Positions 39,904 through 54,054 of a DNA stretch of 64,000 bases are shown here, in pieces. How positions within the stretch are numbered: position 1 is the first letter of the stretch; each line of letters starts with the position of its first letter. Under the pieces are notes generated by a model. The model worked only from the letters and a program-made list of their open reading frames with translations. It searched no databases and had not been told where the DNA came from. The translations under genes were made by a program, and so were the position numbers. The stretch is from Octopus sinensis (lineage: Eukaryota): positions 148,242,001-148,306,000 of the forward strand of contig NC_042997.1 of assembly GCF_006345805.1 (NCBI RefSeq), in the 5' to 3' direction.

Positions 39904-41846
39904 TAAATATATATATACATATGTATATACACACAAATATATATATATGCATACACACTATATATATATATGTATATATACATATATTCGTGCGCGCGCA
40001 CTGGTAGTACTTATATACAGTGAGAGATATGAAGGAAGGAGCCACATATGAGAAAGGAGATAAACATAATAAGAGAGTAAGAGAGAGAGAGAGAAGGAGA
40101 GAGAGAGAGTAATCACGTAGATCATTTGAGCGATTGAGATTTGGTTCGTTAGCAGCAAGTTGGTTAGTGTTTGTAGCATGAATATTAATATTAGAACAGA
40201 AAACGAATGCAACAACGTGGAGTAGAAAACCGAAAGAATAGAGCCATTTTTTCTTGTTATTTATTTTATGGAATATATTGACGTAGTCGCATTTTAATCT
40301 GAAGTAGAAAAACAAACGTTATCTTGCTAATATTGGTATTGGTTCCAATTTATTCGTAATTCTACACGATGTTTACCGAGGCTCTTCATCTAATTTGCTT
40401 GCATATCTAGATCACAACATTTTACATCAGGTTCGATTTGCCGCTCTGACTCCCTTAATACTATTATACAACATGAATACAATATCAATTGCTTCACCAA
40501 ATATCTAACAGATTTTGCGTTAGATTGGATATCATGAATTATGTATCATGGTACTAAATTTAATTAAATGTAAGAGGCTTACTTCACGAATAACGCTTAA
40601 GCCAATATTTGCACGAGATAGAATTTAGACTCAAAACAAATATAAAATGCTATAGCAAGTATTAGGCTAGGAAATGTCACGGGTGATATATGATTATTTT
40701 GGTAGTTTCATCATGTTTGGAGCTAATGTTCAGAACTTCATGAATAGAGATATTCATTTTCAAGATCAATTGAAATATCTAGATTTTTTTCCGGCGTGAT
40801 CACTTAGATTTATAAGAGCATTAACCTTCTCACTTCTTATTTTATTGCGCAATATCCTCTACAGCTGCCATTGTTCAACAGCGTATCAAACATTACTGTT
40901 TGCTGTACGACTAGATATTTTCATTGGAAAATAATGGAGCAAATGTTCATATAGTATTAGCTAAAATGTCGGTTGTATCTCCTTTAGTAACTTGACAAAT
41001 AATGATACGTGTAAGATCGCTCTCTATAGCAATAGGCTTAAGAAACTTGAATGTAGGGTAGGCTCGGTAGCTTCCAAGCCAATGAGAAGTTCATCTAGAT
41101 ACAACGGGAATGAATTGACACAGGTGATATAATTTATAAAATGCCGAAATCCGACGGGAAATAAATGGACTACATACTTAAGCGTATGCATATACATACA
41201 CATTAGTGTGAGCATCAGAGAAAATGCCTCGATATTTTTTCAGTTCTTGATCCTCTGTGAAGCTAAAGTATAATGCAGTTGAACATTAATACTATATTGG
41301 TGAATTGTTGCACTGCTGCACTAATAGACATAAATCTTGGGCTGCAACCAAATGGTCATTCAACTAAATGCTGAATACTCACTGACTACAATGCAGTAAC
41401 CTTTCGCTCAAGGACATACAGCCTTTTCTTTTTCATCTACAGTCTCTCTCTGAAAACTGCTCTCGTAACTACATGCATTTGCAAGAGACTATACCATCTA
41501 TATATCCGTCCTTGTAAAAGAATAAATACAACATAATTTTATATAGTTAATTATTTCCTGATTCTACATTCCACCGAGGCATAGGTGTAAGACTTTAATT
41601 TCAAAACACTATCGTTTTGCATGAACATTGCAGTGCCAGAAATTTGGGGATAAATATTCCTGTGTAGTAGATGATGCAAACTCCACAATATGCATTAGAT
41701 ATACGCCATTCACTTCACTGGCTGGATTCAGTTCAATCGTTTGCATCTATTTCACTATTTTTCTAGGTACGTAAGTACGTACCTACTTAACAACACAACT
41801 ACCAACCTACTTACCTACCTGGCTGCCTACATGTTTGCCTGCCTGC

Positions 41847-41955
<109 letters not shown>

Positions 41956-42385
41956 TATCTGTATGTCTGTCTGTCTCTCTGTCTGCCTTTCTATTTATCT
42001 ACCTATCTATTCCTATTTACTCGCACTTATATATTCATATATATGTATACGCATACACTGACACACATACATATTACTTCACTAAACAGTTTTTAATTCA
42101 GTGTTTACTATATATATATATATATATGTACATATATATCTGTGAGTGTGTTTGTGCATGTACATGTGTATATGTGTGTGTGTATGAAATAATGCGAATA
42201 CATATGGTTGCATGCCCATCTATTTTTGTTTTGCTTGTGCATTGAAAGGTAATCGTTCCACAGATTTATCGCTGGAACGTCAGTGGTTTCCTGCTATTAC
42301 GATAGAGTAGATAGAAAATGTGATACCAAGCCACTATGTGTTCTTTTGCGCGGGTGCAGATTCAACAATGGCATATACTATCGTT

Positions 42386-42503
42386 GTTTACGGCCTTATC
42401 ACGTTGAAAGCACCTAGTCTCGTTCGATCACCGAAGTTAAGCAACGTCGAGACTAGTTAGTACGAAGATGTGTGACCGCTTGGGAAACCTAGGTGTTGTA
42501 AGC
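42386..42503 (+). rRNA. Full-length 5S rRNA copy, most likely a retroposed pseudogene or 5S-derived SINE
   Basis: gtttacggccttatcacgttgaaagcacc...cgatcaccgaagttaagcaacgtcg...gttagtac...gtgaccgcttgggaa...ggtgttgtaagc matches invertebrate 5S over ~118 nt with box A and box C. Flanked by the direct repeat ggcatatactatcg (42370-42383, 42545-42558). Confidence 0.88.
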
Positions 42504-42804
42504 GTTACACATTGTTTTAGCCCTTTGTGGGTAGTAAAGAAATAGGCATATACTATCGATGTGAATTGTAAGTTCTTTCTCCAAGACACGATAAATTACA
42601 ATCCTAATTCTTTGAAATGAAATGAAATTTACCATGCTGGCTTTTATGCTGCCTCTACATCCGAAGTACATTTACAATTTTAAAAGAACAAAAGAATTAC
42701 TCCAAATGCCATATAGTGGAATAGAACCTGAGTCATGATAATTGCGAAGAATTGTGCATACAAACAAGTATATATATAATTATGGGTGGAAATCGCAGGA
42801 TTAC

Positions 42805-43213
42805 TCTTTCCTTTTTACTCTTTTATTTGTTTCAGCCATTTGACTGCGGCCATGCTGGAGCACCGCTTTTAGTCAAGCAAATCGACCCCGGGACTTATTC
42901 TTTGTAATCCCAGTACTTATTCTATCGGTATCTTTTGCCGAACCGCTAAGTGACGGCGACGTAGACACACCAGCATCGGTTGTCAAGCAATGCTAGGGGT
43001 ACAAACACAGACACACAAACACATACATAATATACATATATACATATACACGACAGGCTTCTTTCAGTTTCCGTCTACCAAATCCACTCACAAGGCATTG
43101 ATCGGTCCGGGGCTATAGCAGAAGACACTTGCCCAAGATACCACGCAGTGGGATTGAACCCGGAACCATGTGGTTGGTTAGCAAGCTACTTACCCCGCAG
43201 CCACTCCTGCGCC
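42805..43213 (-). mobile_element. Full-length tRNA-derived SINE (same family as 18925-19298)
   Basis: Head aggcgcaggagtggctgcggggtaag...gggttcaatccc; colinear body. Confidence 0.88.
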
Positions 43214-44039
43214 TATATAGATTGCTATATCTATATTCAGTTTCAAATAGTTAATATATATGTAGATATAGTCATAGTCTGCAATTTTTATAATACTTCA
43301 GCTCAATACGTTAAATGGTTTTTGACACAGATAAATCGACGGATTAAATGGAATCTGAGGAACGCATGGAAAACAATGAGAATGGATAAATGTGACAGAA
43401 GGTATAACAATAAATGGATACACAGAAATATAGAATCTCGGAAAGAATGGGTCATAAAAGAGATGAGAAAATAAGAGGACAGATAAATGGCGAGGTAGAG
43501 GCAGCGAGAGTGTGAGAAAATTAGGGAGAGAGAACATAAATGACTGCAAATGGAAAGTAAATTGTTAATCAGAACTAGCTGCCAACGGACAAAACCAGAA
43601 TAATATTTACTAAGTATTTTCATAATATTCTCATTAAACAATGGAAAAGGAAGTAAAATAATAGTAAAAAAAATACTAATAATGAAAGGGAAAATACAGA
43701 CAAGATCCGTAAGCGATCAAATACATTAATGGGAGAAGAGTTTTCATATTCTCTACATATTTGTATTTATCCAGAATGTGTAGATAAGTAATATATCTTT
43801 AGACAGTAAATTGGAACAGATATTAAAGGCAAGATCGTATGAAAACCTTAAGCTGATATAGAATGATATATGATCGGAGTTTCCAGTGGCTTACAAATAA
43901 AAGATCAAGCGAGTTTGCGAATCGGTTCCCAAATATAATATCGACTATGCATGCATATTGATGTGCTCACATCTCTAGAACAAAGGCGGACACAAGAGTT
44001 GAAAAGATATATTTTGGTTTGTCATAATTTCATAAATGA

Positions 44040-44136
<97 letters not shown>

Positions 44137-44166
44137 GGCTGTCTGTCTGTCTGTCTGAGTACCTAA

Positions 44167-44242
<76 letters not shown>

Positions 44243-46129
44243 GCATCTATATTTCTGTGTGTGTGTGCATATCATTTCTACATATTTTATACAGGATACA
44301 CATGGCCTGAAATTTTGGGGGTGGAGTCGAGTTGATTACATTAATGTCAGTGCTCACTTTGTTACTTATTTTCAAAACAGAGTCATTTACATTTTCAGCT
44401 GATACGGAAATTGAATTCGGTGAAGAGAAACGCTCGTAGTTCATTGTTGAACATGGGAAATCAGTCTAATAAAACCCGCACCTTTTCCTCACTGTCACTT
44501 TATCTCTTCTGTTGGAAGATATAGATTGACCGTGCGACAAATACTTAAGCATTGATGAATACATATCATATGAAGCTCCTGTGAATAAAGATAGAGTGAT
44601 TTGACAATATTTTACTAAACTAAAAATATATAGAAAGAAGAACGCTCCACGGCAATGTCCCATAACGCATCTGCAGTTCCACTGTTGTAGATATCATTTG
44701 GGGCACTTGACTGATTGGAAAAGGGTATCCACTTAACAGACAATGAAAATCCACAAGGTTCTGACATCAACAATCGTATTCTACAAAAAACAGTAATATT
44801 GATAATCTCTTGTTAGGAAAAATGAAGGAACTTGACGTTCGAGACCACTGAAGGATGCCTTCGAATGTCATATAGAATATCTCAGGCAGCAGCTGCAAAA
44901 TAACTGCAACAAATTCATGAAAAATTAAATCAAGTGCGGCAAAGCGAAAAGAACAACATCCTTCGTGTCAGCAGCGAGCTCCTCAAGAAGTCCTCTCTTC
45001 CTGACGAGCTCCGACACAACCCTGAAACTCCTCCCGGCAGACGACGTTTTCCCTCTCCGCATAAATTGGGATAGTGGACAGAATATAGCTTTATAGCTAC
45101 CCTGTATTAAAGTTCGTATAATGATCTATGACTTCAATCATGATTATATGATCAAATCTGTCTTATTATTGCGTAACACTTATACGTCATTTGTTAATTC
45201 AAATCAAAGGAAATGAGTGTTGACAATTTGCTCTCAATACAAATGTAAAGCAATTTGCCACACTCGTATCATTCCACTCGATTAAGAAAACACCGCTTAA
45301 GACGGAATTCATCATGCTATCATAGGAAAATTGATAGTTCATTATACAAAATATGATGCGGAGTAAGCATATTAACATATTTCAGCCGCTGTCTCAATCT
45401 CTCATGGCCCCTATATAATGAATCTATATAATGAATCTATGGGAATAAGAATAAGCAATCTATCTGTCGTCGGGTGACAAAAGATCCGATATGTCATCAT
45501 GAATATAGCTTGGAAAGTTAGGTTTGCATCGTCTAGGGTCCCACGCTCTAACCCATAACTCCTTGGGAAGCTTTACTCGAAGCTTATGGTGCAGTGTTAA
45601 CACCATCTCCTCCCTTGGATTCACCCATCAGCTAACTAGAATGAGTGGGATTTGAGGCCAAGATCCAGCGAGATATTAGGGGTTGAATGAGGATCAGTGG
45701 TGCACTACTCAAAAACATAAATTATGAGCAGTCAGTGGCTATCTTCGCTCCGCGAGGGTGACTGCAGAAAAGGGTTAAGTTAACGATAACCATATCTAGA
45801 ACTCATTTCAGCCAACATAGGCGGCCCTAGCAGTTATCAAGAATCTTCTCAGACTCGGTTCACTTTTTCAGTGGTAAAGCAATGTTTAGTACTTCAGATA
45901 GTGGCAACTTTGATGATCTTTGGGTAACAAGTATTATGGTTAGAAAATTTACTCTTTGCATGCATCCGCCACCGTGAAGTTATATGTTTTGATGGATCTG
46001 ACAGGATGAACAAGTTCTGCTACAATTCTAACTCGGAGTGGAAAGTGTTGGAGCTAATACTGTGAAACCTTGTTTCAGGCACTAATGATTCTGAAAAATT
46101 CACCGTTTTGTATTTACCAACATTTGCAT

Positions 46130-46215
<86 letters not shown>

Positions 46216-46743
46216 GCACACCACACACACACAAGTATATAATTTTATACATAAACAAATTACTGTAGCGTTGAGACCACTTTGTTTCGATGCTATAGCT
46301 GTATTTTAGCAAGCATTTAAATAGGATCTTTCATTGATGATATAATGCTAACACACGATGGAAAGTGTTTCGACCGATCCCCAGATCCTGTTCAGGTATA
46401 TATTGTACCGAATAAAATGCTTGCATCTATATTTCAATAGAGTTGGTTAACATATACGATGTACATCCTTCTATAGCATAGAATATGTATACATTGTTAA
46501 AACAAATAGTGTACACAGATTCTGGAACGCACACACACTCACACACATTGATATATTCCCAGCACATGAGGCATACAAGGACACAATTTCACAAAAACTG
46601 GTGCGCGACGGTTACATGCATGTGTACGTGTGTGTTGTGTATGATGTGAGTGTATTGGTGCCTGTATCTTTATATAGAATGAGTATAATTAAAGCGTGCG
46701 TGTGTATGCGTGTGATTGTGTTTGTGAATATATATATATACAC

Positions 46744-46780
<37 letters not shown>

Positions 46781-47119
46781 TGTATGTATGTATCTATCTA
46801 TCTATCTATCTATATATATATACATTTTTTTATACATACATACGTACATACACACACTTTGTGTGAGTGTATACAGGATGAAAGTGAGACGGATGAATGT
46901 GAGACAAAGATAAAGAAAGAGAGTGATGAATAAATGAAGAAATATGAAACTATGTTATTTCAAAATGTTACATCTTTCTTTTATTGAAGTCTATAAGGAG
47001 GGAGTGAAGCCAAGCAGTCTGGCATCTTTTCAATTAAACCGTTATTCTTGGGTAAGAAATATTTTTGCACATTTCCAAAAACAGAAATATGTCCAGACAT
47101 AGAATAGCTGTTAATTCAT

Positions 47120-47185
<66 letters not shown>

Positions 47186-48523
47186 CTATCTCTTCTGATA
47201 ATTTACATATGGTACAAGGAAGAAATGTTATCCAAAATTATTCAAGCGTATTAGTTCTCATAATTATATTGATCATTCTTTGTGCATAATTCGCTCAGAT
47301 GATGAATTTAAATTAGTTTTAAGGTCAAAGATAAACACATAGCGACGTAAGAACAAAAAGAATAATAAAAAGTTGAATAAGTGTAATCAAGATACTTATT
47401 AACGATGTTCAAGCCGTTTTCTGACAACACACGTCATAATTAAGATGTTATTCATAATTAAGTCTGATAATAACCAAATTATAATAATCGATTTTGAGCT
47501 TTTAAAGACTTGCTGGTTCTATAACAATTGGTTTATATATTTTGGTATTTAAAACACAGTCATGCGTACTGTATGTGAAAGGAGGATATTCTTATACGCC
47601 AATGTCTATGTACATTGTACATACGCAGTTTGCTATTATTCCCCATGTGTTAATGATGTCTCTTGCTGTTCGAAAGGTTTTTAGTGTTGGTTCGGGGCAA
47701 TTTACTTTAACCTAATCAAATAGTTAATCGCGCTTGTTTAGAACTTATATAAGAATATCAGCTAATCGGGTTAAATGTTCATTAGATTTGATTATTATTC
47801 AACGAGCCTTAATAACAAATGGAATTCTTCATTATATCTAGAGCCAAGGGTGACGTCTTTTCGTGGTCACTCGCTCTGCTCAAGAAAGCTGTCATATTTA
47901 CTTTAAATGAAAAGTTTAAACCTTACAAGACAAAGAGACGTAATAATTCTAAGTACAACAAGAAAAAAGACTGGTTTATCATGTTTGTATGTAATATAGT
48001 TTAATTAATAGAAGCATTACACAGGCTGCTCACAGTGCAATTAGAAACATGCAGTCCGCTATATGATGCTTGATCAGGACATTGGGGACTGCTTCATCTA
48101 CTCGCCGAGACTTGCCTGGAGAAAACTGTTGCTAGAAACATAGCAGAACAAAATACTACCTGTCAAAGACACACATGAACATAAGGTAGGGTCAACATTG
48201 GTATCATAATCAGGCATGACCTTGTAAATTGCATGGTATTGTACACACTTTAACATTAATTAAAAAATGTTTTAGGACACGATACATCTTTGTCAAAGGT
48301 ATAAGTGAGTGAGAGATGTCAGAATGACTGCTTTCAAAGACAGTAAGACAAGGAAAAAGCAACTCTGAGCATAAAAAATCGGTGTATGTCAAGGCGTGCA
48401 AAGAATCGTATTTGATATAAATGCTCACACAAATTGTAAACTCACTTTGTAATACCACTCACCTGGTAAGCGAATATCCCCCTCCCCCTCCTCTTCCTCC
48501 TTCTCTTTCTCCTCCTCCTCTTC

Positions 48524-49608
48524 TCAGTCATTCTTGGGTTGTTGCTTGGTTTACATCAGCATTTTACAGTATATATTGTCCACGCAGAGGCTTCTTGTTC
48601 CACTGCTCCTCAATTTGTTTCTGCCCGTTCATTTTGTCCAGTCTGCTTGATCCATTTTGCTTGTTTTGTGACAGTGTTTTCAGGTTCCTCATCTAATTCA
48701 GGGTTAGTGCCAAGTTTCCTTGCGAATTTGCAAGCTTCCTTGACAATAGAATGTGATTCTTTGCTGCACACAAGCCGCAGCATCCAGTCCTCTGTACTAG
48801 ATACGTACTTATTCATTGCTATTGTGGAGGTCTTATAGCACGGTTCTACCTGCATTATTCTACTTGCCCCATTGCTCTCCTTAGGTACAAACGATCAATG
48901 TCTGCTTTTGGCTGGTGCATGTTCTTAGATACTAGTAGATTATTGTCTTCTTGTTCAGGCGTTGGAGCTCTGTAAGATTTTAGAAAATGATATTGAAACT
49001 ATATCGGACTACTGGAAGTGCCAGAGTGCTAATGGCTTCGATGCAATTTTTGGAGTCGAGTTCAGTTTTTAGTCTGAGTTTTATTCTCATGTAATACTCC
49101 TTTCTTGTTTTTTTTTTCCGCCATAGTAGCATGTTGTATACCATCTCCTTCGCTTATCCCCAGGTATTTATAACGTTCTTCTGGGCCAGACTCCTTCATG
49201 GTAGCGTCGGTCTCTAATTTAATGGAAGCTGTTTGCCTAAGCTTGCCTGATATAAAAGTTGCTTTAGCATAATTTTCAAGGCCAAAATCCATCCCGATGC
49301 CATTGCTGAAATCTTTAACAGTTGTTAGCAGCCCTACTAGCTTTTTGTTATTTTTAGAAAACAGCTTCAGATCGTTCATATAAAACATACCTAGGGCATG
49401 TTTTATAAACGTTGAAACCACACCTGGTGATATTCAGTTTGCTTGAATGTAGGATCAGTGCCATGCAAAAGAGTAATGAGGAGAGGGAAACACGGGCAAA
49501 GATGCCTCGTTTCATGTTGATGTTGTTAGATTGGCTCAATCCATTACGATGGTTTAGAAGATGTGAGTTCTACTTCACCATGATACCTTGCAAGAATTTG
49601 GAGACGAC
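48524..49608 (-). mobile_element. Decayed R4/Dong-like RLE non-LTR retrotransposon fragment (divergent subfamily, internally deleted)
   Basis: RGIF..SLSSLLFCMAL, FYMNDLKLFSKN, YKYLGISEGDGIQH, HQPKADIDRLYL, KPLRGQY; ends at (TAA)n at 49609. Confidence 0.8.
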
Positions 49609-49651
49609 ATTATTATTATTATCATTATTATTATTATTATGATTATTATTA

Positions 49652-49706
<55 letters not shown>

Positions 49707-49707
<1 letters not shown>

Positions 49708-49875
49708 TATGTTTGACTTTTCCTTTATGTCTGTACAAGTTGGCTCCAAGTCTCACCCAGAGACAACAGGTTGGAAGTTCACGTTGTTGTTATGCCTAGT
49801 GTGCCATATATTTGGGTTTTTTTGGGGGGGCGTTGTACTTGTGAATGTCTAATAAATAAATTTTAAAAAGAAGTT
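49707..49875 (-). mobile_element. Probable 3'-end stub of another non-LTR subfamily between two (TAA)n tracts
   Basis: Non-repetitive ~170-bp island in the array, with 3'UTR-like composition ending ...aaagtcaaacatag-aataataa. No coding match. Confidence 0.45.
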
Positions 49876-49892
49876 TGTTATTATTATTATTA

Positions 49893-49963
<71 letters not shown>

Positions 49964-49995
49964 TAATATTACTATTATTATTATTATTATTATTG

Positions 49996-52900
49996 TTCAG
50001 TAGTTTTATTTTTATAGCGTGCTTTCACTTCACTACCGAGCGCAGCTCTGTGTGCCTTGGGTATGTGCTGTGATGCTCTGATGGTTATTGTATGGAAAGT
50101 GTTCTGTGTAGGATGTGTGCAGTGCCTAGTAGTGCAATTTTCTGTATGTTATATGTGTTTGTAAGTCCTGGTGTTTTTGTTATGTATTTGTCTGAATATT
50201 TTTTTATCATGCCTAATGCACCTACTATGATAGGAATTGTTTCTGTTTTCAGGTTCCACATTCTAGTTACCTCTATTTCCAGGTCTTTGTATTTTGAGAG
50301 TTTCTCCATTTCTTTTAGAGACACGTTGTCATCTGCCGGTATTGATACATCAATTAGAAAGCATTTTTTTTCTTCATGATCTCTGACAACTATATCTGGT
50401 CTGTTGGCCTTAATTTCTCTATCTGTGTGTATCGGCATATCCCAGAGTATGGTTGCTTTCTCGTTTTCTGTGACCTTTTCTGGTGTGTGCCTATACCATC
50501 TTTTTTCTGTTGTTATTCCATAATGTTGGCATAGCTTCCAATGTATGTAGGTTCCAACGCTGTCATGTCTGTGAATATATTCCTTCTTAGCCAGGACTGG
50601 GCAGCTAGAGATAATATGATTTATTGTTTCTTGTCCATCTCCACATATTCTGCAGTTACTTGTAATATTTCTTTTCATTACATGTTTTTGGTAATTTCTG
50701 GTGGGGAGGCTTTGGTCTTGTGCTGCAATTAAAAATCCCTCTGTTTCTGCTTTGAGTCCTGAGCTTCTCAACCATTACTGGGATTTTTCTTTGTCTATTT
50801 CTTTTGCGTTTAGTTTAGTCCAGTATTTACCATGAAGGGGCTTTTCTTGCCATCGTTTTATCATGGCTCGTTGCTGTTGTATTTTTAGTTTGGATTTCAT
50901 TTGTTTTATAGCTTTTGTTGTTTCTTCATCATCTTCTTCTTCTTCTTTGTGTTTATTAGGTGGTATGATTTCTTGTTTGTATTTGTCAGCTTCCTTAAAT
51001 ACTGAGAACAGTTTTTTGTTTTGCTCGTGTTTTGCCGCTATCTGGATCAGTTTTCCTTCCCTCTGAAGTAGGTATTTTTGCAGTCCTATGGTGGTTATTT
51101 TATAGTAGTTTTCCAGCTGTATAAGGCCTCTACCACCTTCTATACGTTGTATATATAGTCTTTCTATGTCAGATTTTGGGTGATGCATCCTAGATCCTGT
51201 CATTATTTTTCTTGTTTTCCTGTCTATTTTGGTCAGTTCATTTCGTGTCCAGTTAAGGATATTGTAGCTGTAACTTATAACTGGGACAGCTAAAGTGTTG
51301 ATACCTATTATCTTGTTTTTAGCATTGAGCTCTGTGTTTAGTATTGATCTAACTCGTCTATAATATTCTTTTTTATTTTCTCTTTCATTTGTGTGTGTTG
51401 TGTCTTATCTAGTTCATGGATTCCTAAGTATTTGTAAGTTTGGCTTTGGTCTAATTCTTTTATTTCATTTGCTTCATCTAGTGTGATGTTGTTACTCTTA
51501 ACTAGTTTTCCTCTTTTCATGGTTACTTTGGCGCATTTTTCTAATCCAAATTTCATATCTATTTCTTTGGTAAATCCATGAACTGTCTTTAATAGTGTTT
51601 CCAGCTGTTTGTCATTTGCAGCGTATAGTTTTAGGTCATCCATATATAAAAGGTGGCTGATCGTTTTGCCGTAACATTTATATCCGCATCCAGTTCTATT
51701 TAGCATATCAGATAGAGGTGACAGTGCCAAGCAGAAAAGGAGTGGAGAGAGCGTATCTCCCTGGAATATTCCTCTTCTAATGGGGATGTCTTTGGTTTTC
51801 ATGAGTCCCTCTTTTGTTTGGAGGTGTAGGACTGTTTGCCATTTATTCATAGAGTGCTCTATGAATTTTATGATTGTTGGTGCTACTTTGTTAATGGCTA
51901 GTGTTTCGAGGATCCATGTGTGGGGGATGCTATCAAACGCCTTTTTGTAGTCAATCCAGGCCATACTGAGGCCTTTCTTCTTTCTGTGGCTGTCTTCAGT
52001 TACGGCTTTATTAATCATTAGTTGATCTTTACAGCCATATGAGCCTTTGCGGCATCCTTTCTGCTCTTCTGGGAACAGTTTGTTTTCGTCCAGGTGCTTG
52101 TTCAGCCTTTGCGATATCACTGCAGTAAATGCCTTGAACATTGTAGGGAGGCAGGTTATTGGTCTGTAGTTTTCTGGTTTTGTTGTTTCATTTGATTTGG
52201 GAATTAAGATGGTTTTCCCCTTCGTGAGCCATTCAGGCATTGTCTCTGGCTCTGCTAGTATGCTGTTAAAGTTTTCAGCCAGCTTTATGTGCATTCCTGT
52301 TAGATATTTCAACCAGAAGTTGGGGATCTTGTCATACCTAGGTGCCTTCCAGTTGCTTAGTTTTTGCAGTGCCTGGGTGACCTCTTCAGTTGTTATGGGG
52401 GTCCAAAGTTGTTCAGATGCCGATTTTGTTATTTTCATACTCCTTCTTTTTGGCTGTTCGTTCGCCAACCATATTTTTCTCCAGAATTCTTCCAATTCTT
52501 CTGCCGTTGGTGCTGCAGTGACTTCTATTTTATTTTTGCCCAGTTCTTGGTAGAACTTTTTGGGGTCGGAGTTGAACTTTTTGTTCTGTTCAAAGAAGCG
52601 TTGGCGTTTCTCGTACCGGTGGATCCTTTGAGCTTTGGCAAGGATATCTTGCTTCAGCTTTTCTTTTATCTCCGGCAAATCTTTTTCTGTGATGTTATAT
52701 TTGCGGAGCATTTTTGTTCTCTTTTTGTTGCTCAGTAGCGTTGCTTGTTTGCTGATTTCATTAAGAATCAACAGGTCTTTTCTAATTTTTTTTATTTTGT
52801 TTTGGATGTTATTTATCCACAGGGTTTGTTTGGGTGGTGGTACTCCTGTTTGGGCGGGTTTGGGTGAGTATCCAGCTTCTTTTGTGGCTGCAGTGGCTGC

Positions 52901-53975
52901 TGCGTATATCAAGTCATTTAGTTCAGTGATATCACTTTTTTTTGTTTCAGTGGCTAGTTCAGTGACGGCTAGGTTTATGTTGTTTATAATTGGTGTTGTT
53001 ATTGCGTTTATTTTTATTCTTGGGAGGTATGGTCGGTGGTCCATTTTGGGCTCTGTGGTTTTCAGTTCTTTGATTATTTTATTTTTTATATTATCATAAT
53101 CATTAGGCTCCCCTTCGTTGTTTACATCGTGTTTGTTGGGAATGTTGCGTTTGTCTTCGTGTTTTACAGTTTCAGTGTTTATATTATTGGGCATTGTTGT
53201 GTGGCTTCTATCTACATTTTCCTGGTGTATGTTTTCTTTTAGGTGTTCTATTTCTATTTCTGATATTTTTTTTGTGTTGAGAATGTATCTTCGTACGTTA
53301 GCTAATTTATTAGGGTTCATTGCTGTATCCAAGTCTATATCTCTATTATTTTTCTTCCATATTTTATATGTATGTGTTGTTGTATTTTCATTTTTTGGGT
53401 AGAGTACTGCTGTGAAGTATGCGTGTAAGATAGAAATGTATTCCTCACGTGTCCATTTACGTCTTTTGGGTTTTATTTGCGGGACATGAGGTACAACGTC
53501 CGGCCCATTATTTTGACGGTCGTCATTTTCGTAGGGTACCGGTCCGTTTATTTCTGTTGTCACATTATTTCGCACGTGTAGTTTTTCGTACATTTTTTGT
53601 TGTAGGTTTAATGTACGTACCGCTCGATTGTTATTCTTGAGTTGAATAGTATCGGTGGCCTTTAATTTCTTCGTAGTTCCTTTGTACATGGTGTTTGAGG
53701 TCGGGGATGATCGTGTTGTTCCACGCATGTTTACATGTGTTGTGTTAGAGGTGGAGATAATATCGAGTCAAAATACATCATTTCGTTTCGAAAATAGTAA
53801 TAAATTTCAATTAGTATTACTTACTCGGATATAGTCCAATTCTTTGTTAGTAAATCTTTGGCTCCATAGGGTGTCCTTATTTTCGATGTTTGTGGATAGA
53901 TTTCGGAGCTCTGTATTTTCCTTCTTACATCTTAAAATCCCCGGTGTTCTCTTTCTTAAAATCCCCGGTGTTCTC
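49996..53975 (-). mobile_element. Near full-length R4/Dong-clade non-LTR retrotransposon (element A), flanked by (TAA)n
   Basis: Single long RT-RLE reading frame plus a 3'UTR ending ...gctataaaaataaaactactgaa before (TAA)n. The 5' limit is uncertain between ~53760 and 53975. Confidence 0.93.
50085..53728 (-). pseudogene. RT plus restriction-like endonuclease ORF (~1214 aa reconstructed) with one frameshift (~51370) and one nonsense codon (50775-50777)
   Basis: Myb-like KRRKWTREE; ENYRPITCL; [13 protein letters not shown]; RGIFQGDTLSPLLF; YMDDL; CRICG..ETINHIISSC (CCHC); RHD; NRPDIVV...LIDVSIP..KYKDL (RLE). Restoring 1 T in the run at ~51369-51374 (7 T in sibling D) gives 3645 nt = 1215 codons. 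Confidence 0.93.

Positions 53976-54054
<79 letters not shown>

Noticed and set aside
44999-45045. CTGACGA...GAAAC resembling another hammerhead
   Set aside because: The intervening gctccgacacaaccct cannot form stem II, and no stem I or III pairing is found.
45728-45815. Possible HDV-like ribozyme in a GC-richer, LINE-5'-like stretch (gcagtca/tgactgc helix; tggct/agcca)
   Set aside because: No GG for P1.1, no convincing P3/L3 or catalytic J4/2; better read as a simple hairpin. An Infernal HDV-like search would settle it.
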